DNA of 64,000 bases from a virus: positions 32,001 through 96,000 of IMG/VR virus record IMGVR_UViG_3300049491_000383; one strand, written 5' to 3'. Below are positions 28,710-38,829 of the stretch, piece by piece (positions within the stretch are counted from its first letter, which is position 1; the number at the start of each line of letters is the position of its first letter). The notes below the pieces were generated by a model, which saw only the letters and a program-made list of their open reading frames with translations, made no database searches and was not told the DNA's origin. The position numbers and the translations under genes were made by a program.

Positions 28710-31493
28710 TCAAGGTGCTGTTAAGCTGGCACCTGTGTTCTTAATTCTGATAGGAATGTAGATGAATTCGATTGCCTTGACTGGTTGAATTGCGATATCA
28801 ATCCACAATTCATTTCTGTCGATACGAGCAGGTGTGTTATTTGACAAATCGCAAACAACCAAGAAGTCGTACAAAGCGCGAAGTGTAATCAATTCTGACA
28901 AGAATCTATCAAATGCATCCTTAACTGCCTTACGTGTTGTTGTATCGTTAGGTTCGAACAAGAACGGCATTGCAAGGTTGTTAAGTTGGTAGCGCAAGTA
29001 GTTTTCTAGACGAACTACGTTGATACGATCAGTTGCGCTTGAGTATGGTTGACGTGTCTTCTGACCAAATACAACGATACCACCAGTTGGCATTACGCGA
29101 ATTGGGTTAACACCGTTTTGGTATAGAATGTCACGTTGACCCTCATTAAGCTTAACTGAAACAAACTGGCCTGACGAATTGACATAACCTACCGCGGCAG
29201 CGTTATTGACAATACCGCGTTGCAAACCTGCTGGGGCAAACCACGGATATGCGACTTGGTCGTTGTATGCAATTGTGCGTAGAGCCATATGTGTTGGTGG
29301 AACAACAACATCAACACCGTCGACGTTTGTGCTCAATCCACTTGGATACCATGCAGCAAAATACTTGCTTGCCGATACCAAACCGTCTGGTCCGTTACCA
29401 AGAGCTGAACTTGAGTTTGTTGCCCAGTTCTGAAGTGCTGTGCCAGTTGCAGCCAATGTAAATGGTGTGTCACCAAGAACAAATGCTGTATCCTTGCGGT
29501 CATCATTCAAAGCAAGCATTTCATCAATTGCCTCAACATAACCCGGTGCTGCAATCAAGTTAAAGAACAAGTCTTCTGCACGAATTTCTTCGTTAGAAAC
29601 AATATCTGACTGAATTGCACGAACAATCATAATGTTCTGTGCTGCTGCGCCCATGTAAGGTGTACCGGCTGCATTGTTTCCAGAAACATTTGACCAACGA
29701 CCCAATGAGCCATTGTTTGTGTTGTCTGGAGAAGCTGTTACGCTATCAAAGACGTATGGAGCTTGCCATTCCTTAACATTGTCTGTCGAGTAACGAGTGT
29801 TCCACAACATGAATCCCTTTGGATACAAGTCTGCATCTGGTGCATCTGGATCCAAGTCTGGGTTTCCTGGGCCACCGTTGTATTCACCAGTTCCGCCCTG
29901 TGTATAGAGTGGATTTGGACGTGCATCTGTGAAGATGATACCGTGGTTAGATGTTTGGTCTTCGTTATCAACCAATACCCATGTTGTACCATTCCAGTAA
30001 TAAATCACTGGGTACGGATCTTGATCTGTATCAACCCAAATATCGTTTGCAATCAATACTGGTGCAGGAACGTTATCGCGTGGGTCGCCGGATTGAGCAA
30101 ATAGTGTTGGATCTGCTGGTGTTGGTGGAACGTCAACGAAAGTAAAACCTTCGAGGTTAATGTTCTGCCAGCTACCTGCACCGTCAGCAATAAGAATATC
30201 TACAGTAGATTGTCCGTTGCCATCAACGCCAATTTCAGCATTGAACCATAGTTGACCGTTTACAGGACCACTTGTTGGAACTGTTGTAGAACCAATGATA
30301 ACTGCCAAAGGAGCCCATGGACCAGAAACGCCTGTTGACTTTCTGAACTCTAATGAGTTTGTTGTTGATTGCGGCAATGCACCAGAAAGAACTGGTTCAA
30401 TGTAAACCTGACCGTTTGAACCTGCTGCGTTTGTGCTGTAGTAGGTATTCGCTGCGGCGTCGTTTGCTAGGATCGGAGCTTCAACTTGAACGAATTGCAA
30501 TAGTGTTGCATCCATTCTGCGTAGGACAAGATTTGCACCTTGTGCTGCTGATCCAGTCTTAACCCAATATTCTTCAGTTGTTGTAACTGCTGTTAGGTCT
30601 GGCCATACAGATTGAATTGTGATATCAAAGTATGCTGCCACTGTTGCTGCGGACAATGCTACCGAAGGTACAGCCGACAATGTAAATTGTGTTGGGCTGT
30701 CAACAGATAGAACTGTTGTATTTGCTGCAAATGTACCTGTACCTGCTGTAATGACTGGTGTCATTCCTGCAACTAGGCCTGCGGTTGAAGTTGTTGTAAC
30801 AACTGCACCAACGGATGTTGAGCTTAGTGCTGCCGAAGTGTAAGCGGTGTTACCAATCTGACTCCAGACTGAATTTTCCTTAACCCAATATGACATTGTA
30901 CCAGAAGCTGTTTGGTAGACAACTGCGTAATCGCCGTCGACACCATCTGCAGGAACTGGAACGTTTGCAATACCTGTTGCAAAATTGTAGATGAAATCAG
31001 GTGTAACTGATGTCCAAATTTCGTTTGGAAATACACCAGCACGAACAAACAATCCGTATGCCGATCCTGTTGAGGATTCATCAAACCAATATGTTCCGAC
31101 TGCTGCCGGGCTTGTTGGTTCTACGACTGTTGGTTCAAGTTGGGTTGTGTTGATATCTGCACGAACAATTCTTACTAGGTTTGACAAACCCAAGTATGAG
31201 TAGGCTGCAAGCAATCCATATTCGTTTAGTGGGTAACCATTCAAAGATGTACCACTTACAGAGTAGAAAATTGGATCACCGAAAGTCTGAACTAAATCGC
31301 GTTGCGAAGTAATTGACCAAACCTTTCCGGCATTTGCCTTAGTTGTGCCTTCAGCTACTGATGCTCCGTCGGGAGTCGACTTATCCTGCTGAGTAGCGAT
31401 AAAAATTAGGGGTACTGTTCCTGGACCGGCACCAACATTGATACTCTGATCAATGACTGAAATGCTTACGCCTGGTGATACTAATGTAGCCAT
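28710..31493 (-). CDS. 18: Contractile tail sheath protein (gp18-like)
   Basis: LVSPGVSISVID N-terminus; PWFAPAGLQRG, NPIR, DRINVVRL, FEPND, IQPVKAIEFIYI. Confidence 0.95.
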   Translation of the reverse strand: MATLVSPGVSISVIDQSINVGAGPGTVPLIFIATQQDKSTPDGASVAEGTTKANAGKVWSITSQRDLVQTFGDPIFYSVSGTSLNGYPLNEYGLLAAYSYLGLSNLVRIVRADINTTQLEPTVVEPTSPAAVGTYWFDESSTGSAYGLFVRAGVFPNEIWTSVTPDFIYNFATGIANVPVPADGVDGDYAVVYQTASGTMSYWVKENSVWSQIGNTAYTSAALSSTSVGAVVTTTSTAGLVAGMTPVITAGTGTFAANTTVLSVDSPTQFTLSAVPSVALSAATVAAYFDITIQSVWPDLTAVTTTEEYWVKTGSAAQGANLVLRRMDATLLQFVQVEAPILANDAAANTYYSTNAAGSNGQVYIEPVLSGALPQSTTNSLEFRKSTGVSGPWAPLAVIIGSTTVPTSGPVNGQLWFNAEIGVDGNGQSTVDILIADGAGSWQNINLEGFTFVDVPPTPADPTLFAQSGDPRDNVPAPVLIANDIWVDTDQDPYPVIYYWNGTTWVLVDNEDQTSNHGIIFTDARPNPLYTQGGTGEYNGGPGNPDLDPDAPDADLYPKGFMLWNTRYSTDNVKEWQAPYVFDSVTASPDNTNNGSLGRWSNVSGNNAAGTPYMGAAAQNIMIVRAIQSDIVSNEEIRAEDLFFNLIAAPGYVEAIDEMLALNDDRKDTAFVLGDTPFTLAATGTALQNWATNSSSALGNGPDGLVSASKYFAAWYPSGLSTNVDGVDVVVPPTHMALRTIAYNDQVAYPWFAPAGLQRGIVNNAAAVGYVNSSGQFVSVKLNEGQRDILYQNGVNPIRVMPTGGIVVFGQKTRQPYSSATDRINVVRLENYLRYQLNNLAMPFLFEPNDTTTRKAVKDAFDRFLSELITLRALYDFLVVCDLSNNTPARIDRNELWIDIAIQPVKAIEFIYIPIRIKNTGASLTAP

Positions 31494-31583
31494 TATGGTT
31501 TAACTCCTTTGGAAGAATTATGCTTCTTGTTAGTTGTATTTATCTAGGAGAGAGTTAAATATACGGCAAATGAAGCACCAGGA

Positions 31584-32216
31584 CTATAATATCTTCTTTA
31601 CAATTTCGTACACTTGCCTGTCCAAAGACTCTAATGTGTCATTATTATTTACCACATAGTCGAATTTAGAACCCACCCACGCCCATTCACTAAAGTGTGC
31701 GCTTGAATAGGTTTTAGTCATCGCTTCTTTGGCTAGAGAATTTCCCTTGTTTGCCATCATAGCTGTTTCATACCAGACTGGTGAAGGACCACGATCGACC
31801 CTTACCATAATTCCGCCCTGACTCTTAATAAATTCAACTTCGTTTGGGAAACGAACATCACTGATAACAACGTGCAGGTCTGGATTCTTACGAATTCTGT
31901 TTTCGAGAGTCATGAACCAGATACCTTCATTGAAATGATTACGAAGAGAGTCTGTACCAATCAACTGCAATGCAAGGCGTGGGCTGAAGTTTGGAATACC
32001 GAGTTTGGTTGCCCACCATTCGTCAACTTGTTCACGCCACTCACGAGAATGCTTTGTGTCACCCTCGATCATATTACGGGGCCAATCAAACATTGATGCA
32101 ACTGCGTCCTTTAGACTGGTAGCAAAGCTATCCTTTCTAAAGCCGAATTGATCTGTAAGCTGGTCTGCTACGGTGCTTTTTCCGCAGCCAATAAATCCTG
32201 AAATTCCAACGAGCAT
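31584..32216 (-). CDS. 1: Deoxynucleoside monophosphate kinase
   Basis: GFIGCGKSTVA, PRLALQLIGT, ISDVRFPNE. Confidence 0.9.
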   Translation of the reverse strand: MLVGISGFIGCGKSTVADQLTDQFGFRKDSFATSLKDAVASMFDWPRNMIEGDTKHSREWREQVDEWWATKLGIPNFSPRLALQLIGTDSLRNHFNEGIWFMTLENRIRKNPDLHVVISDVRFPNEVEFIKSQGGIMVRVDRGPSPVWYETAMMANKGNSLAKEAMTKTYSSAHFSEWAWVGSKFDYVVNNNDTLESLDRQVYEIVKKIL

Positions 32217-32279
32217 AAGAAAACCCCTAAGTTAGTTCTTGTAGTTATACAGAACCAGCCTAGGGGTTAGCGTTTTTTG

Positions 32280-33032
32280 TTAACCGATTACAAACGAATA
32301 GCCGTCACTACTTGTAACTAAATCAAGAAGTTGCTTCTCTAGCTTCTCAATTTCAACTTGCGCTTCTTGCTTTAGAGTAGCTCCGTTTAGTGTCACATTA
32401 CCGGTTGGACCCGGAAAACCTCCCGGGAATTTGTCTCTTGCCTCACCAAGCATATACTTTGCGTGAGCTGTAGCATAGGAACGCAACCAGGGTCCTGTAT
32501 AAGGATCATTGATTAGATCATCTTCCGACTTTCTTGCATAGACGCGAACAACTACTTCCTCGTCAGCTGTTGGTCTACGAATGATTGTCAGCTTATGATT
32601 ATTGACATCCCATGTGAAGTTCAATTGGCTTGCAAACACACGTTCTGTCGTCTCAAGGAACTGATTATAAAAATCCCACGTTGCCAATCCACCAGATCTA
32701 TTTGGTTGTAGCAAATAGATATTATAGAATGCAGCATCTACCGGGTCGAAATTTATTCCACCGTTTGTGTATGCACCGACACCACGGCGGTATAGACGTC
32801 TCACTTCTTGCACTTCTTCGGGGAGAGTGTACTCAACAATGTCTCGTGTAATGTGTAAGAAAATATCCTTCTCGAGATTAGCTCCGTCTGATTGCTGACG
32901 CAATTTTTGGAGTCCTAATGTAATGGCAAAATTCAAGTGATCTACGTCTAATTCAACATCAACCATTTGCGCACCGAGGCCAAGCTCGATTTGCTTCATC
33001 AACAAAACTCTAGGGGTAATTTGTGCGGACAT
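32280..33032 (-). CDS. 13: Neck/head-completion protein (gp13-like)
   Basis: LGAQMVDVEL, W..YATA.AK..LGEARDKF, PTGNVTLNG. Confidence 0.8.
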   Translation of the reverse strand: MSAQITPRVLLMKQIELGLGAQMVDVELDVDHLNFAITLGLQKLRQQSDGANLEKDIFLHITRDIVEYTLPEEVQEVRRLYRRGVGAYTNGGINFDPVDAAFYNIYLLQPNRSGGLATWDFYNQFLETTERVFASQLNFTWDVNNHKLTIIRRPTADEEVVVRVYARKSEDDLINDPYTGPWLRSYATAHAKYMLGEARDKFPGGFPGPTGNVTLNGATLKQEAQVEIEKLEKQLLDLVTSSDGYSFVIG

Positions 33033-33062
33033 TGTGTATCTTCTCCAGCGATACACTATTTA

Positions 33063-33536
33063 TCAGATCTCCCAAGTCATTCCAATCTTGTGGGCAATGG
33101 CCATAGCGGCTGCATCATCCATTGCATTATGAATTTGGAGATTATATTCCTTGAAGATATAGTTGGCATCGTCATCCATGATAACAAATTTGAAGTAATC
33201 GCTTCTGCTTAGATTTTCGGGCCAACATTCGGAAAGTAAACTTTCAAGGTGCGGACGATCCCAGGAGATATTATCAAGTGCTAGAATGCAATCGGGTCCC
33301 CGATCTTCAATCCAGTTGCCAATGTTTAGAGCACACTCATATCTGGTCATGCGATATTTTCCACCCTTAAGGTAGGGAAGAACATGAAGCTTAACAAAGT
33401 CTGAACAATCCTTTAACTCGTATGTATCGGTTAATTCGGCATAAAAGAATTCCCCATCCTCAGATACCAGGGCAATGCTAATAAGCTTATTCCCCGGAAT
33501 CAAATCTGTAAATTCTGTATCCAAAAACAACTTCAT
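33063..33536 (-). CDS. DEDDh 3'-5' exoribonuclease-like protein
   Basis: FLDTEFT, LISIALV, HNAMDDA. Confidence 0.8.
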   Translation of the reverse strand: MKLFLDTEFTDLIPGNKLISIALVSEDGEFFYAELTDTYELKDCSDFVKLHVLPYLKGGKYRMTRYECALNIGNWIEDRGPDCILALDNISWDRPHLESLLSECWPENLSRSDYFKFVIMDDDANYIFKEYNLQIHNAMDDAAAMAIAHKIGMTWEI

Positions 33537-34690
33537 TTGTCTATCCTAAGTATAACATGATGCTCATTGAGCTTGCCCTGTGCAGGTATATCTACAGTGC
33601 TTAAATCCTTCAAAAAGGTGCGAAGCTTCACCTTGCTTGCCTTCTTAAACTCTGCAAGAGTCTCTACGGGCTTACGTACAGTTTTTTCTGCAGAATCAGA
33701 TGAATAATTCTCTAAACTAGCGCCTTTAACAAGTAGGCCGCGCTCGTCAAGTGCCTTGTATTGGGCAATCTTACGTGTCTTTGTATTATACACCCAAACT
33801 TCTTTAGATCCAATGATCTGAATGGGACTCATGCTAACAATACCAAGAGATGTATCTTCCTTCTTATATTTGAGTTTGGATACTAACTTCTCTTGTGACA
33901 CCGGCTTCTTCTTACGTGGTGCTCGTTCAACCTTTGCCACTTCTTGCATCATAACACATGCACCAAGTATGTTCTTATAGAATTGACTGAACTTCTTTAA
34001 CTCGGGCTTTGTAAAATTGGAGTAACCTTCGTTTAAGTCTTTATCCTTACCTTCGACTGCAAGTTCAATCTCATTCGATCTACGTTCAAAAATTGTATGC
34101 ATGAATCTAACGTGTGGAGCCTTCAATTCATTTGCCTTAAACAGGTTTACAAATTCTTCTACAGTCTTTGGTTGTGCAGTCTTGCGTGCAAGGTAGTAAT
34201 CATCTATCCACCCCTCCACTTCCCCCGCAACCTCCCGTGTTTTTTCTTTGAGACGGTCTTGTATCGTAATAGTAGAAATTGTAGTAGACGCTTTTCCGAC
34301 CTCGCTATCAGCAACCTTTGGCGAGTTTTTTTCCTTCGTGGTGAGTCTGGTTTCTTCTTCTTCAATTGTCCTCTCCAGTGCTGGCATCATTCCTGCAAAG
34401 ATATCTTCGGGAAGTTCGCCGGCGTGGTTGAGTACATACATATACTTACCGATGGTACCAAACCTGTTCTCATCCATATCCTTAATACGGTCAAGAAATG
34501 AATGCTTCGCATCAAGTGTTTTTAGGTACTTGACAACTTCTTTCTTTAATTCAGCAGAAGTCAATTCATAGTGCGCGTACATCATCGCACCCTGATAGTT
34601 GGATCTGAAATATTTGTTAGTCTTTACTACCGTTGACCAGATTGGCTTGGGCCAACTAGCGTAAGAAGTAATCTTTTTCTTGCCTGCCAT
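33533..34690 (-). CDS. Conserved T4-like-phage hypothetical protein
   Basis: 385 aa; WVYNTKTRK, KTVRKP C-terminal domain. Confidence 0.75.
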   Translation of the reverse strand: MAGKKKITSYASWPKPIWSTVVKTNKYFRSNYQGAMMYAHYELTSAELKKEVVKYLKTLDAKHSFLDRIKDMDENRFGTIGKYMYVLNHAGELPEDIFAGMMPALERTIEEEETRLTTKEKNSPKVADSEVGKASTTISTITIQDRLKEKTREVAGEVEGWIDDYYLARKTAQPKTVEEFVNLFKANELKAPHVRFMHTIFERRSNEIELAVEGKDKDLNEGYSNFTKPELKKFSQFYKNILGACVMMQEVAKVERAPRKKKPVSQEKLVSKLKYKKEDTSLGIVSMSPIQIIGSKEVWVYNTKTRKIAQYKALDERGLLVKGASLENYSSDSAEKTVRKPVETLAEFKKASKVKLRTFLKDLSTVDIPAQGKLNEHHVILRIDK

Positions 34691-34792
34691 GTTAATATCC
34701 TCGTGATACTTAGCTATTTTAGCTATACATAAAACAGAAACGCAACTAATCTTGGTTTAGTTGCGTTTTAGGATATTAAATCGGGGAAGAAT

Positions 34793-34960
34793 TTAGTCGT
34801 CTGCGAGCCTCTTTTCGTCTCGCTTTTCCTTCTTTTTCTTGGTGTTGTGCGCGCCTGCGCCGCTAGTTTGTGCGTTCTTTGCTACAAAATTTCGAGGTGG
34901 AAGTGCCTTAGCTACAACCTTCTTGGCGGGCTTGGCTTCAAACAGTTCAAATAATCTCAT
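34793..34960 (-). CDS. Small basic protein (55 aa, not in the ORF track)
   Basis: MRLFELFE...PRNFVAKNAQTSGAGAH...KKKK, GGAG RBS. Confidence 0.65.
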   Translation of the reverse strand: MRLFELFEAKPAKKVVAKALPPRNFVAKNAQTSGAGAHNTKKKKEKRDEKRLADD

Positions 34961-34975
34961 AGCTTCTCCGTCTTA

Positions 34976-35052
34976 GAAAAATGCAGGAGTGGTAGCGAAT
35001 CACTCCTGCACGACGCCTGATCGGCGTAACAACGGTCCTAAAGGTAGTTGTT
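34976..35052 (-). ncRNA. Candidate small structured RNA or attenuator
   Basis: GATAAATA promoter (35058-35065), then three consecutive hairpins ending in a T-run. Confidence 0.5.
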
Positions 35053-35082
35053 AATTGTATTTATCAAAACTTCTGAAAATTA

Positions 35083-35457
35083 TTAACCGGCCGTTTTCTT
35101 GTGACGCAAGTATCCTTCGAGTAGCTCTCGAATATTTTCTGAACCAATTGGGTTCTTGCTGTGAACTGTGAAGCTGAAGTTTGCCGGCATGGTTTTTGTA
35201 TCCATGTCATATTCAACAAGCCACTTAGCAAAATCGAAACCAGTCTTACCATCGTCGTAATCACCGGCATAATGGTCCATACCCAAGTCGTGATCAAAAC
35301 TAATCACATCCGGGAAGCCGTTCTCTAATACCCACTCCTTTGCTTCTTCGAGACTGCGAACAATCTCCCAGGTCGCACCCCAGCTACCGACTCCACCAAT
35401 AAGGACCCAGGTAACATCTTTCGGGAATCGTTCATCATCAAGGAAAAGGTACTTCAT
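35083..35457 (-). CDS. Cyclic-phosphate-processing receiver-like domain protein
   Basis: LFLDDER.P, ISFDHDLG, TGFDFAKWL, HSKNPIG. Confidence 0.7.
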   Translation of the reverse strand: MKYLFLDDERFPKDVTWVLIGGVGSWGATWEIVRSLEEAKEWVLENGFPDVISFDHDLGMDHYAGDYDDGKTGFDFAKWLVEYDMDTKTMPANFSFTVHSKNPIGSENIRELLEGYLRHKKTAG

Positions 35458-35465
35458 ACCTTACT

Positions 35466-36323
35466 TTACTCGGGTTTGGTATTGCCTGTCAAGCGAATCT
35501 TGGTGTTGGCTACTTCTACTTCTCTAAGAACAGACAATCTTTCATTTACATCATATCCGATAATAGCCTTTACATCCTTAGGGAAGCAAGAACCACCATA
35601 CCCAAATTGACCATCTGGTCCAGGTACTAGGCTGTGACTATATCCAATGCGTAAATCCGTCTCAAGTATATCTGTAAATGCTTTCCATGTTTCGGGATGG
35701 ATTGGCGACTTCTCATACATATCGGCATAGAGTTGATATAGTTGATTCATAAATACAACCTTGCTGGCCAGGAATGTGTTTATTGCATACTTGGCAAGAG
35801 CAGCTTCTTTATAATCGCAAATATGAAATCTAGCATGTCGAATATGCGAATGATTTCTATATGCCTCTTCGAGCTCTTTGCAATCGTGGAACTCGCCAGC
35901 CATAATAATGTGTGGTGGCTTTAATGCATCTTCTTCCCAATAATCCTGACGCAAGAATTCGGGAGAATATACGTATCGTAGTGGCCCTTCCTTGTTGAAG
36001 ATTTTAGCCTTGCCGAATTTTACGTATAAATCGTGAACTACATCAGGTGGCAAAGTGCTCTTTAGCACTACGAGACCATCGTATTTTATGTCTGCTAATT
36101 GCTGGAAAACGTCGTAAATAATGCCTGCATCAACGCTTCTGTCATCTAGTGTAGGTGCGTTAATTGCCACAAAAGTGAGGCGCGGCCTAAACAAAGCCAA
36201 ATCCTCAATTCTATTCTCTGAATAAAGTGGATCGATGATAATGGCTTCACAGTTATGTTCAAAGGCCTTATGACATGCCTTTCCCACAAAACCATAACCT
36301 ATGAATGCTACTGAATTTAACAT
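35466..36323 (-). CDS. UDP-glucose/GDP-mannose dehydrogenase-family protein
   Basis: IGYGFVG, KSTLPP, SPEFL, KYAINTFLA.KV, GYGGSCFPKD. Confidence 0.88.
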   Translation of the reverse strand: MLNSVAFIGYGFVGKACHKAFEHNCEAIIIDPLYSENRIEDLALFRPRLTFVAINAPTLDDRSVDAGIIYDVFQQLADIKYDGLVVLKSTLPPDVVHDLYVKFGKAKIFNKEGPLRYVYSPEFLRQDYWEEDALKPPHIIMAGEFHDCKELEEAYRNHSHIRHARFHICDYKEAALAKYAINTFLASKVVFMNQLYQLYADMYEKSPIHPETWKAFTDILETDLRIGYSHSLVPGPDGQFGYGGSCFPKDVKAIIGYDVNERLSVLREVEVANTKIRLTGNTKPE

Positions 36324-36394
36324 TTATCTTACCTCAAAATTGTGTATAAGTCGTGGCGTTAGCACTAAGAAATGGCGTAGGCATTACACAAATC

Positions 36395-36430
36395 AAAAAA
36401 AATGCGGTAGCAAGTTTCCAAGCTACCGCA
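36395..36430 (-). terminator. Rho-independent terminator
   Basis: TGCGGTAGC/GCTACCGCA hairpin plus T8. Confidence 0.8.
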
Positions 36431-36433
36431 CAA

Positions 36434-36621
36434 AGCATGCACCTAGGCACCCCACCTAAGCTCCCCGCCCTGTATTGCGGAACCTCCGCGGTTACATTCC
36501 CTATATAGAGGAAAGTGCCGCACCATCCTTAATAGACGTATGGAAGCCGTCGACAGCTTTTGATCCAGGAACGCTACGTATTGATTACAGGTACTCATCC
36601 GGCCCTATAAGACCACATGCT
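36434..36621 (-). ncRNA. Candidate ~190-nt multi-stem RNA
   Basis: GC-rich intergenic segment, terminal AGCATG/CATGCT pairing, nested stems, followed by a terminator. Confidence 0.5.
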
Positions 36622-36625
36622 ACAA

Positions 36626-37021
36626 CTATTTCAACACACCAATTGTATAATATGCTTCGCACTGGACTTTAGCCAATGCCTCGATCTTCTCATCATACGG
36701 AATATCATCCTCTGGAGGCTTCTTACCGTAGATCCTTGACGTTATCTTGTCAAAGTTATGTATCAAATCGTACAGATTGTTCTGTGCAATCTTGGCGTAC
36801 GATTTTGTCTGTTTCTTGATGTAGTCTTCGACGCAGACTCGTATTTTCTCTTCCTTCTCGACTAAGTCAATCAATCCCTCTAATCCGATTGAGTTAGACT
36901 TATCAAATAAGTTACTAACTTCAATCGGATTCAAAGTTTCGATATTTAAGTCAGAGCTTTCTGCGTATGAATTTACGGAAAAAGCAAGCAGCAGAGAAAA
37001 TATTATTCTTCTCATTATCAA
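36626..37021 (-). CDS. Hypothetical secreted protein
   Basis: Signal-peptide-like N-terminus. Confidence 0.6.
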   Translation of the reverse strand: MIMRRIIFSLLLAFSVNSYAESSDLNIETLNPIEVSNLFDKSNSIGLEGLIDLVEKEEKIRVCVEDYIKKQTKSYAKIAQNNLYDLIHNFDKITSRIYGKKPPEDDIPYDEKIEALAKVQCEAYYTIGVLK

Positions 37022-37047
37022 ACGAAAGGGGCACTAGGCCCCGATCA

Positions 37048-38070
37048 TTAGACTTCTTCGTCGGTGCCGGCCTTGACAATTTTCAGTTGCGCCTTCTTCT
37101 GGCGCACGTTCTTCTCGACTTGTTCTTCGGCTTGTTCCAGGGTCAGATTCTCATACTCAACCCATTCGCCGTGAACACGTTGCAGGTCGTACAGTTGTTC
37201 ATCATCAACAACTTCTTCATCAGGCTCGTCGCCGTCTTCATGTACAACACCAGTAGAAAACGGCCACGCAGCTACTTGAGCAGCAGGAGCAACATACTTG
37301 TTGACTGGTGCCTGTGGCTTGCTGTAATCGCCGTTGACAGCCTTGGTGAATGCAACCGCTGGGTCACCTTCAACTTCAGCCACAACTTCATAGGCGCAGC
37401 AACGACCCTTGGCGCCATTGTAGTCGGTAGGGATGCTAACGACGTCGGCAGGATTGATCTTCAGGATCATCACTGGCTCGCTACCGCTACCAAAGTGACC
37501 CAGATAGCTTTCGCTGCAGAAATGCAGACCACTGGAGCAATGCGAATCCGGATTGTCATCGACGCCGTTGCGATCCATTTCCACGAATGCGCCAACGCTG
37601 TTATCGATTGTGCCGGTATGCTTGTCCTTGTAGTTGGAGCCAACACGCTTGTATGCGAGGAAATAGCCGTCTTCGGTGATCGGAAGCTTATTCTTTTCCA
37701 GGAAGCCGTAGACTTGATCCACGGAACGCTTGGATGGGTTGTCCATCAAGTTTTCCATGAAGCGCACCATCGGATCAATCGGGAATCCGTCTTGGTACAT
37801 TTCGATCATGCGTGTTGCCAGTGCATTGTGGAACGGCTTGCCCTTCCACAAAACCTTGTTGTCTTCGATCGACACGTAGCCGTAACCAAAGTTGACGATT
37901 GCCTTCTTCGGCTCAACTAGGTCGCGCAGGGCGTCCCAATCCTGGGCCTTGAGTGCATCGACAATCTTACCGTAGGCAATGTGTGTGTCTTTTGACACGG
38001 TATGAGATTTTCCATCCACAACTAAAATAATATTGCGACCCTGGAGTAAATAAGGCACTGCGTTTGTCAT
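37048..38070 (-). CDS. rIIB: rIIB-like protein
   Basis: FMENLMDNPS, ITEDGYFLAYK, CSSGLHF, NPADVVSIPTDYN..KGRCC.YEV. Confidence 0.9.
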   Translation of the reverse strand: MTNAVPYLLQGRNIILVVDGKSHTVSKDTHIAYGKIVDALKAQDWDALRDLVEPKKAIVNFGYGYVSIEDNKVLWKGKPFHNALATRMIEMYQDGFPIDPMVRFMENLMDNPSKRSVDQVYGFLEKNKLPITEDGYFLAYKRVGSNYKDKHTGTIDNSVGAFVEMDRNGVDDNPDSHCSSGLHFCSESYLGHFGSGSEPVMILKINPADVVSIPTDYNGAKGRCCAYEVVAEVEGDPAVAFTKAVNGDYSKPQAPVNKYVAPAAQVAAWPFSTGVVHEDGDEPDEEVVDDEQLYDLQRVHGEWVEYENLTLEQAEEQVEKNVRQKKAQLKIVKAGTDEEV

Positions 38071-38079
38071 AATAAATCC

Positions 38080-38805
38080 TCAATCTGTGTTAATTAAAAT
38101 ACGCCATTTTTTCGATGTTTTTTGAGCACCGCTTACCAATGCATATACATCAACTGGTGTCAGTTTAGCATATGCCCTAAATTGTTGTCTAGTACCTTCA
38201 TAGATTTCATTAGTTTTTATATGCTGAAATCTAAAGATAATCATATCTATTTTCTGAACACGTAGTTTACCTTTACGTGTAGCCAATGCTTTTTCTTTTA
38301 TCCCCGGGCGATGCATAGGATTCTTATCACCTACCATATGCGGAGCTTCAATACCGACCAAAGAATCACTAAGTTTTTTCTTAGTTTCAGCCTTCATTGG
38401 ACCTTTCTTTATTCCCTTATTTCTACTCTTACCTAAATTCGATGCACTAATCTTTTCTTTTACTTCATTTGGTCTAGGTTTACCAAAATTTACATTATTC
38501 TCGCCACTTGTCGATTCCGAATGTTTTCTTCTTAACCATCCATATAATTTATTGGTCGGTCTATTGCCACCTGTATTCATACACATCATTACCGCTGCTT
38601 TTATCAATCCATATTCTGATGGATAAATTTTTACCAGTAATTGATGTGCTAGATAATGTTCTTCCGGAGTTAGATCAACTAAATTTTCTACAGAATTATC
38701 GCCATTCATACATTTTGGTATAATGTGGTGAGATTCGGTATAGATATCTAATTTTCTATCTTTTGCTCGGTTGATAAGATTTTCATAGATGAGTTTATAA
38801 TTCAT
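38080..38805 (-). CDS. HNH homing endonuclease with NUMOD3-like repeats
   Basis: ESHHIIPKCMNG..NLVDLTPEEHYLAH; E.K.KIS repeats; AT-rich insertion between rIIA and rIIB. Confidence 0.88.
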   Translation of the reverse strand: MNYKLIYENLINRAKDRKLDIYTESHHIIPKCMNGDNSVENLVDLTPEEHYLAHQLLVKIYPSEYGLIKAAVMMCMNTGGNRPTNKLYGWLRRKHSESTSGENNVNFGKPRPNEVKEKISASNLGKSRNKGIKKGPMKAETKKKLSDSLVGIEAPHMVGDKNPMHRPGIKEKALATRKGKLRVQKIDMIIFRFQHIKTNEIYEGTRQQFRAYAKLTPVDVYALVSGAQKTSKKWRILINTD

Positions 38806-38829
38806 CTTTTATTTATCTTCTACCTTGTA

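Noticed and set aside
34793-34960. ArfA-like ribosome rescue factor
   Set aside because: It is small and basic but lacks the KGKGS motif, so the evidence is insufficient.
36506-36610. RNase P RNA-like GAGGAAAGT motif on the plus strand, and a hammerhead-like GATGAG on the minus strand
   Set aside because: The complementary P4 strand and the full CUGAUGA/GAAA cores are not convincingly present, and the terminator orientation favours a minus-strand RNA of unknown class.
36967-37920. 317-aa plus-strand ORF
   Set aside because: Antisense shadow of rIIB.
17632-38805. Group I introns or inteins associated with the HNH genes or core genes
   Set aside because: The HNH ORFs are free-standing between intact genes, and terminase, helicase, UvsX and UvsW have normal lengths.
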